A stretch of 11,528 nucleotides of DNA from Archangiaceae bacterium (GTDB lineage: Bacteria > Myxococcota > Myxococcia > Myxococcales > Myxococcaceae), in assembly GCA_043750125.1 (NCBI GenBank), contig JAYVCD010000352.1, positions 1 through 11,528 on the forward strand, read 5' to 3'. This document shows, piece by piece, positions 6,374-11,528 of this stretch. How positions within the stretch are numbered: position 1 is the stretch's first letter; the number at the start of each line of letters is the position of its first letter. A program made the position numbers and the translations under genes. The notes below the pieces were generated by a model, which was not told the DNA's origin, searched no databases, and saw only the letters and a list, made by a program, of their open reading frames with translations.

Positions 6374-9177
6374 CCCCTTCGACTTCGACCGCAGCATGGA
6401 AGAGCTTCGCCCTGGCCGTCGTGCTCGCCGGCGCTCCTGCCTGGGCTGCGGGTGAGATCACCGGGCGACTGACCGGGTTCGTGTATGACCCGACGGCCAG
6501 TGGGCTGGGCGAAGTGCCGCTCACGCTCAGGGGCAGCGCGTTGATGAAGCCGCTGACCCGCACCTCGGGTGACGACGGCCACTACGAGTTCCCGCTTCTT
6601 CCTCCGGGCAATGACTACGTGCTCGAGGTCGATGTGCCGGGGTTCGCTCCCATTCGGAAGACGCGCATCGTGGTTGAGCTCGGCCGCACCACGTCGGTCG
6701 ATGTGAAGCTCGACGTGATGACCGAGACGACAGCGGCGACCTACGAGATCGTCGAAAAGGTCAACCCGATCATGGCGGCAGATTCGGCGCAATCGACGAC
6801 GGTGGTGACGGCCGAAAAAGCCTCACAGACCCCGGTGTTCCACCAGGTCGAACGGATGGCGTCGCAGGTGGCCGGAGTGGGTCCGGGGACCCGCCCTTCG
6901 ACCCGCGGTGGCCTTGCCAGATACGGAAAATTCTACGTCGACGGAATGGACACCACCGACATCAGCGACGGCTCGATCACCGCCCCGATGAACTTCGACG
7001 TGGTCGACCAGTTCGAGATCATCACCGGCGGTTTCGACGCGCAGTACAACGCGCTCGGAGCGGTGACGAACGTGGTCACCATGAGCGGCAGCAACAAGCT
7101 GAAGTACGACGTGAACCTCACCTTGAGCCCCAGCTGGATGACCGCGAAAAATCCGGTCCCCGGCAGCCAGGGTTCCTTTGTCGGCACCTACCTGGACAAC
7201 CCTTCGCTGACCCTGGCCGATGCGTATTTCTATTCGCCGGTCGCGGTGCTCAGCGGGCCGATCATCAAAGACAAGCTGTGGTTCTCGGCTTCCGGTCAGC
7301 TGAATTTCAACCGCCGCCAGAGCCTGGTTTCCACCCCTTATTCCCCTCAGGAAAATCGGAGCACCGACACCGTGACTGGCCTCGCCCGCCTCAAGCTGAC
7401 CTGGCAGGCGACCGCCCGCGACCGGGTCTCGCTGGCGTTCAACTACGACCACAACACCATCGACAATGTGATCGGCAACGGGACGGTGACTCTGGACGCG
7501 GACCAGCGAATCGATCGCGGCGGGTTCTTCTTGATCGCCAATTACGACCACTCGTTCTCCGACAACGTCCTCTTTCAGCTTCAGGCAGGAATGACGCACA
7601 AGAATGTGAACCAGGATCCCGAGAAGGACACCGGGCTGGTCTCGCACTTCGATTCTTCCCAGCGGGTGAGCCAGTTCAGCCCCGGGGCGATCGCCGCCGA
7701 CATCCCCGGAAATTTTCTTCACGAATCAAAGCAGCGGATCCAGTTCGACCCGACGTTGCTCGTCAACATCGGGCACCATCAGTTGAAGGGCGGGGTGCAG
7801 CTGTCCTACCAGCGCGGCTCGCAATCGACCGGGGTGACCCAGGCGCAGCGCTTCATCGACCGCGGCGGGGTGTGTGATCCCGGGAATCCGGCAACGTTCG
7901 GGTTCTGCAGCCAGCACGTCGATTTCTACAACCAGGACGGCGAGCTCGCGCCGCAGCGAGGGCTGGGAACCGTCTTCACCACCGGAGTTTTCGTCCAGGA
8001 TCGTTGGACGATCAACCGCCACCTCACCGTGGTGCCGGGCCTGCGGGTCGACGTGGGAAACATTTACGGCAACGGAACGCCGATCGCGACCCTGGTGGGC
8101 GTCGGGCCCCGGCTGTCCGCGGTCTGGGACGTGCTGGGCGATCGGCAGACGATCGTCACCGGGCACTATGGGCGGTCGAACGACGTGGGCAACGTGCTGG
8201 TCGCGCAGCACGCGAACCCCGCGTTGACCCAGGTCACCTCGACGTTTTCCAACGGAGGGTTCGCCAACTGTCAGCCGAACGTCGCTTCGCCCGGCTGCAC
8301 TCAATCGGGAGGAAGCCGCACCTTTGGGCCGGGGGCCGCTCCGTCGCTGGACGAGATCGCGTTCGGGGTGAAGCACGAGATCCTCGAACGGACCGCGGTG
8401 GGGGTGGACTTCACCTGGCGTCGCTACTCGAACATGTGGGCCGACCGCGAGACCAACCGGATCTATGACCCGACCGGGACCCGGGTCGTCGACTACGCCA
8501 ACGGAATCCCCGAAAGCCGGCTGCAGGCCGCGCCTTCCCGCGAGGCGTTTCGCGAATACAAAGGAGTCGACCTGTGGGTTCAGGGTACGCCCGGCAACTG
8601 GGACCTGCTGGCCAGCTACACGCTGGCGTTCAACACCGGAACCGTCGACGACTACTTCTCGGGAATCTTGCTCAACCCGCGCTACACGCCCTACTACTAC
8701 GGGGCCGTGAGCGACGATCGCCGACACACTCTGAAGGGCAGCGTCTCGTACAAGACGCCGTTCGGGCTCGACGTGGGGGTCCGGGTTCAATACCTGTCGG
8801 GCAATCCGCTTTGGGAAACGTTCCCCAACCCCAACCCCTCGGAGACTCAGCGGGTGATTCGCTCGCCGCGTGGCACCGGGTTTCCCAACGACTCGAGCTC
8901 GGGCTTGCCCAATCTGAACGATTCGAGTCAGTGGACCGAGCTGCGCAACCCGAGCCAGCTGATCATCGATCTGCAGGTCCGCTACGACGTGGGGCACCTG
9001 TTCCGGCTGAACGAGCCCCGCATCGAGCTGGTCGGACTGCTGGTGAATGCGCTCAACAGCACCGATGCGACGACGCTCAGCGACACATTTTCCAACGGCG
9101 CTACCAACCGATTCGGAACCGCGCTGTTTCGTCAGGCGCCGCTGCAAGCCGAATTGATTTTGCGCGTTCGCAACTGA
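6370..9177 (+). CDS. Oar-like TonB-dependent receptor with N-terminal carboxypeptidase-regulatory-like domain
   Basis: 935 aa. Signal peptide ending APAWA; N-domain TGRLTGFVYDPT...DDGHYEFPLLPPGNDYVLEVDVPGF; plug STRGG...FYVDGMDTTD...FEIITGGFDAQY...VTNVVTMSG; barrel motifs SGPIIKDKLWF, GVFVQDRWTINRHLTVVPGLRVD and GPRLSAVWD. Confidence 0.95.
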   Translation: MTPSTSTAAWKSFALAVVLAGAPAWAAGEITGRLTGFVYDPTASGLGEVPLTLRGSALMKPLTRTSGDDGHYEFPLLPPGNDYVLEVDVPGFAPIRKTRIVVELGRTTSVDVKLDVMTETTAATYEIVEKVNPIMAADSAQSTTVVTAEKASQTPVFHQVERMASQVAGVGPGTRPSTRGGLARYGKFYVDGMDTTDISDGSITAPMNFDVVDQFEIITGGFDAQYNALGAVTNVVTMSGSNKLKYDVNLTLSPSWMTAKNPVPGSQGSFVGTYLDNPSLTLADAYFYSPVAVLSGPIIKDKLWFSASGQLNFNRRQSLVSTPYSPQENRSTDTVTGLARLKLTWQATARDRVSLAFNYDHNTIDNVIGNGTVTLDADQRIDRGGFFLIANYDHSFSDNVLFQLQAGMTHKNVNQDPEKDTGLVSHFDSSQRVSQFSPGAIAADIPGNFLHESKQRIQFDPTLLVNIGHHQLKGGVQLSYQRGSQSTGVTQAQRFIDRGGVCDPGNPATFGFCSQHVDFYNQDGELAPQRGLGTVFTTGVFVQDRWTINRHLTVVPGLRVDVGNIYGNGTPIATLVGVGPRLSAVWDVLGDRQTIVTGHYGRSNDVGNVLVAQHANPALTQVTSTFSNGGFANCQPNVASPGCTQSGGSRTFGPGAAPSLDEIAFGVKHEILERTAVGVDFTWRRYSNMWADRETNRIYDPTGTRVVDYANGIPESRLQAAPSREAFREYKGVDLWVQGTPGNWDLLASYTLAFNTGTVDDYFSGILLNPRYTPYYYGAVSDDRRHTLKGSVSYKTPFGLDVGVRVQYLSGNPLWETFPNPNPSETQRVIRSPRGTGFPNDSSSGLPNLNDSSQWTELRNPSQLIIDLQVRYDVGHLFRLNEPRIELVGLLVNALNSTDATTLSDTFSNGATNRFGTALFRQAPLQAELILRVRN

Positions 9178-9187
9178 CAGGAAAGCC

Positions 9188-10126
9188 ATGAACCCAAGCC
9201 CTCGATATTTCCTGTTCCCCCTCGCAGCGGCGATCGCGCTCGCTTCGTGCCTCGACGTGACTCCGGCTCCGGCGTCGGCGACCCAGAGCGCGCCGCCCTT
9301 CTTTGTTCCGTATGCCTTCGATGCGGGGGACGGAGGGGACGCGGGGCCGCGCGACGCAGGGGTCGATGCGGGGCTCTTCGATGCCGGTCAGACCGACGCC
9401 GGAACGCCAGGGCTCAAGATCTTGTCGAGCAACAATCGGCTGCCTCCAGCCTGGACGGTGACGAACTCTTCGGTCCTCGCGCGGACTCAAAGCCCGACCG
9501 ACGGAGGATCGACGGAAGCCTTGCTGCACGTCGGCCAATGGGTGCGGTTGGCAGTGCCGACCACCAGCGACAACACAGTCATCGATGATGATCATTGCCC
9601 CAACATCTTCATGGGCAGCTGTTCCGGATTTGCAGCCGCAAATGCGCTGGGTCCGTTGGTACTGGTCGATGCTTTTGGGTTGTTGGGCTCGGGCAGCACC
9701 GACTGCGCAGCGAAGTTCAATGCGGCGCTGCTGCCGTCGATCACCGGCGTATGGCAGGGCAAGTTCAACAGCACGTCGATGACCACGTCCTATTCGCTGG
9801 TTCTGGCCGGCTGCGCGGGAGTCGGGGTCGGGCCCAACTACAACGGCACTGTGCTGGCGCCCGCGAGCACCGACATCCAGGAACTGCAGGCAAGCTACCC
9901 GACCGACAAGCGCCTCGTCACCGTCCGGGGAATCGTCATCGGGGTGACCCTCAATCAGGCCAAACAGCGAACGGTCTTCCTCGAGGACCCGGGCGGAGGT
10001 CCCTTGTCCGGAATTCAAGGCTTCCAGACCGCGGGCTTGATGCCCGTGCCCGCGATTGGGGACTACGTGTCGTTCACCGCGAGCGCCGATGTGCGCGGGA
10101 CCTACAACCAGCTGCTGATTCCCTGA
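9188..10126 (+). CDS. Lipoprotein with DAG-repeat linker and extracellular-nuclease-type OB fold(s), no catalytic domain recognised
   Basis: SD AGGA and lipobox LASC. The C-terminal TDIQELQ...LVTVRGIVIGV...VFLEDPGGGPLSGIQGF...PAIGDYVSFTA resembles the YhcR/ExeM/NucH OB fold (TIxEIQ..VTVxGVVT..FFxQD..SxGIFV..VGDxVxVxG). Confidence 0.8.
   Translation: MNPSPRYFLFPLAAAIALASCLDVTPAPASATQSAPPFFVPYAFDAGDGGDAGPRDAGVDAGLFDAGQTDAGTPGLKILSSNNRLPPAWTVTNSSVLARTQSPTDGGSTEALLHVGQWVRLAVPTTSDNTVIDDDHCPNIFMGSCSGFAAANALGPLVLVDAFGLLGSGSTDCAAKFNAALLPSITGVWQGKFNSTSMTTSYSLVLAGCAGVGVGPNYNGTVLAPASTDIQELQASYPTDKRLVTVRGIVIGVTLNQAKQRTVFLEDPGGGPLSGIQGFQTAGLMPVPAIGDYVSFTASADVRGTYNQLLIP
9320..9403 (+). repeat. Low-complexity D-[AG]-G repeat linker (coding)
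   Basis: Encodes DAGDGGDAGPRDAGVDAGLFDAGQTDAG. Confidence 0.8.
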
Positions 10127-10249
10127 TCGAGGCGAGAAGCGGTCAGTCCGTTCGTCGCCGTTTGCTCGGCTCGAACGCTCCAACGTATGGTTTCTGTTCA
10201 GTCTGCGGGTGAGCCGGCGTTCCCGCGAGCAGTGGTTGGAGGTGACCCG

Positions 10250-11338
10250 TTGAAAACATCAGAAGCAGTTCGGCCTCATCGCGGGACGGATGTCCCGTTT
10301 CTTCAAATTCTCTGCGCGCTCTGTCTGGCGATGGCCGTTGGCTGTGGATCCAGGCCCCTCGAAGGCGACGCCGGCATCGCCGATTCCGGGCCGCAGACGG
10401 ACATCGACTCAGGAACGCTCGGACGAGATGCAGGGCCCGACGCGGGAGAGGATGCGGGTCTTCCCCCCGACAGTGGTTGGGACGCAGGGCTTCTTCCTGA
10501 CAGTGGGTGGGACGCAGGCCAGGTTCCGTTCGACGCGAGCATTCCAGACGGCGGGCTGCGGGTTCGAATCGTTGCAGCGAACACCAGCTCGGGAAACGGT
10601 CAGTCTTATGACCCCGGGGAAGGAATCCGCATGTTCGAAGGTCTTCACCCCGACGTGGCGCTGGTCCAGGAGGTGAACTACGGAACCAACTCGGTGGCTG
10701 ATCTGCAACATTTTGCAGATTTGTCATTCGGGCCTGGCTTCACAATCGTGCGAGAGGCCGGGGCCCAGATTCCCAATGCGGTGATCAGCCGTTATCCGGT
10801 TCTGACTTCCGGGACCTGGACGGATGCCCAGGTGGCGAATCGGGGCTTCACCTGGGCCCAGATCGATCTGCCGGGTCCGCGAAATTTGTGGGCGATCAGC
10901 GTGCACCTGTTGACCAGCAGCGCCGTCGCCCGTGCGCTCGAGTCTGACGAAATCATGGTGCGCATAGGCCAGAGCATTCCGATCGGCGATTGGATCGTCC
11001 TGGGCGGCGATTTCAACACCGGCACCCGTTCCGAGAGCTGCGTGACGAAGCTCAGTCCAAGGTTCGCGACCGGTTTTCCCTACCCCGCGGATCAGCTCGG
11101 GAACAGCGACACCAGCGCGAACCGGTCGAAACCGCACGACTGGGTCCTGCTGAGCAATGAGCTCGCCTCGAAAGAGGTGCCCTTGCGCCTCGGAGTCACC
11201 CCTTACCCCCATGGCCTGGTTCTCGACACCCGGGTCTACACCCCGTTGACCGACATTGCTCCGGCACTCTTGAACGACAGCGCCGCATCGGGAATGCAAC
11301 ACATGCCCGTCGCGAAGGATGTGTTGATTTCGCCCTGA
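10250..11338 (+). CDS. Endonuclease/exonuclease/phosphatase (EEP, DNase I-like) family lipoprotein
   Basis: Likely start TTG 10250, 7 nt after a strong SD GGAGG(TGA) at 10238-10242. Hydrophobic segment with lipobox AVGC. EEP motifs: RIVAAN, PDVALVQE, NAVISRYP, ISVHL, IVLGGDFN, PHDWVL and terminal QHMPV. Confidence 0.92.
   Translation: MKTSEAVRPHRGTDVPFLQILCALCLAMAVGCGSRPLEGDAGIADSGPQTDIDSGTLGRDAGPDAGEDAGLPPDSGWDAGLLPDSGWDAGQVPFDASIPDGGLRVRIVAANTSSGNGQSYDPGEGIRMFEGLHPDVALVQEVNYGTNSVADLQHFADLSFGPGFTIVREAGAQIPNAVISRYPVLTSGTWTDAQVANRGFTWAQIDLPGPRNLWAISVHLLTSSAVARALESDEIMVRIGQSIPIGDWIVLGGDFNTGTRSESCVTKLSPRFATGFPYPADQLGNSDTSANRSKPHDWVLLSNELASKEVPLRLGVTPYPHGLVLDTRVYTPLTDIAPALLNDSAASGMQHMPVAKDVLISP
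10451..10519 (+). repeat. 30-bp imperfect tandem repeat (about 2.3 copies) encoding DAGL[PL]PDSGW
   Basis: gatgcgggtcttccccccgacagtggttgg / gacgcagggcttcttcctgacagtgggtgg / gacgcaggc. Confidence 0.85.
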
Positions 11339-11371
11339 TCGGTCAGACGCCTCGAGCGGGTTGGTGCGAAG

Positions 11372-11391
11372 GCTTCAACACACGTTGAAGC
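11372..11391. terminator. Perfect 8-bp inverted repeat between convergent genes (terminator-like hairpin or operator)
   Basis: GCTTCAAC-ACAC-GTTGAAGC, 33 nt after the EEP stop, with no U tract. Confidence 0.4.
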
Positions 11392-11396
11392 TGAAC

Positions 11397-11528
11397 TCAG
11401 CGGTCAGGCCCATACCCCAGCGGGAGCAGCACGACCCACCCTACGGCGTACCGCACGATTCCGGCCGAGACGGGACGCCACCACCGAAACGGGGGGTGCT
11501 CTTTCCAGAGCCAGGCCGCCATCAAGAA
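11397..11528 (-). CDS. Possible 3' end of a membrane protein entering from the right edge
   Basis: Open frame from the window end: FLMAAWLWKEHPPFRWWRPVSAGIVRYAVGWVVLLPLGYGPDR* (TGA at 11399-11397). It is hydrophobic and Trp-rich, but only 43 codons are visible. Confidence 0.4.
   Translation of the reverse strand, partial: FLMAAWLWKEHPPFRWWRPVSAGIVRYAVGWVVLLPLGYGPDR

Noticed and set aside
6823-9189. Long antisense ORFs (6823..7722 and 7726..9189; likewise 5387..6397, 9101..10183, 4351..5613, 2103..3002, 3196..3921)
   Set aside because: They are shadows of real genes caused by GC-rich codon bias, with no recognisable motifs.
10290-10320. Out-of-frame ATG 10290 that would give MSRFLQIL... with one extra T, suggesting a frameshifted EEP start
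   Set aside because: In-frame TTG 10250 has a strong, well-spaced SD (GGAGGTGA), so no frameshift is needed.
10451-10519. 30-bp repeats considered as a CRISPR array
   Set aside because: They are contiguous, in-frame coding repeats with no spacers, and there are no cas genes in the window.
11340-11528. Possible tRNA or other ncRNA at the right end
   Set aside because: No cloverleaf or T-loop (GTTCRA) motif was found on either strand, and a hydrophobic - strand reading frame explains the region better.

Overview
GC-rich bacterial DNA, most likely from a myxobacterium (Myxococcota). This is inferred from an Oar-type TonB-dependent receptor, Cys-rich and DAG-repeat lipoproteins, and a Pro-rich TonB. 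The left half is accessory and partly decaying: the 5' part of a Cys-rich lipoprotein (-), a HipA-like kinase/DUF3037 pair (+), a secreted cupin (-), a multiply deleted GH15 pseudogene abutting a truncated ECF sigma factor (-), and a lemA/TPM-domain pair (+). The right half holds the most interesting feature: a TonB-like gene (-) divergent from four co-oriented genes (+). These encode an unknown lipoprotein, an Oar-like TonB-dependent receptor, a lipoprotein with nuclease-type OB fold(s), and an EEP (DNase I-like) nuclease/phosphatase lipoprotein. I propose this is a PUL-like locus for capturing, degrading and importing extracellular nucleic acid. That function is an inference, not a demonstrated result. 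No tRNA, rRNA, CRISPR array or transposase was seen. All family assignments come from motif recognition by eye, not database searches.
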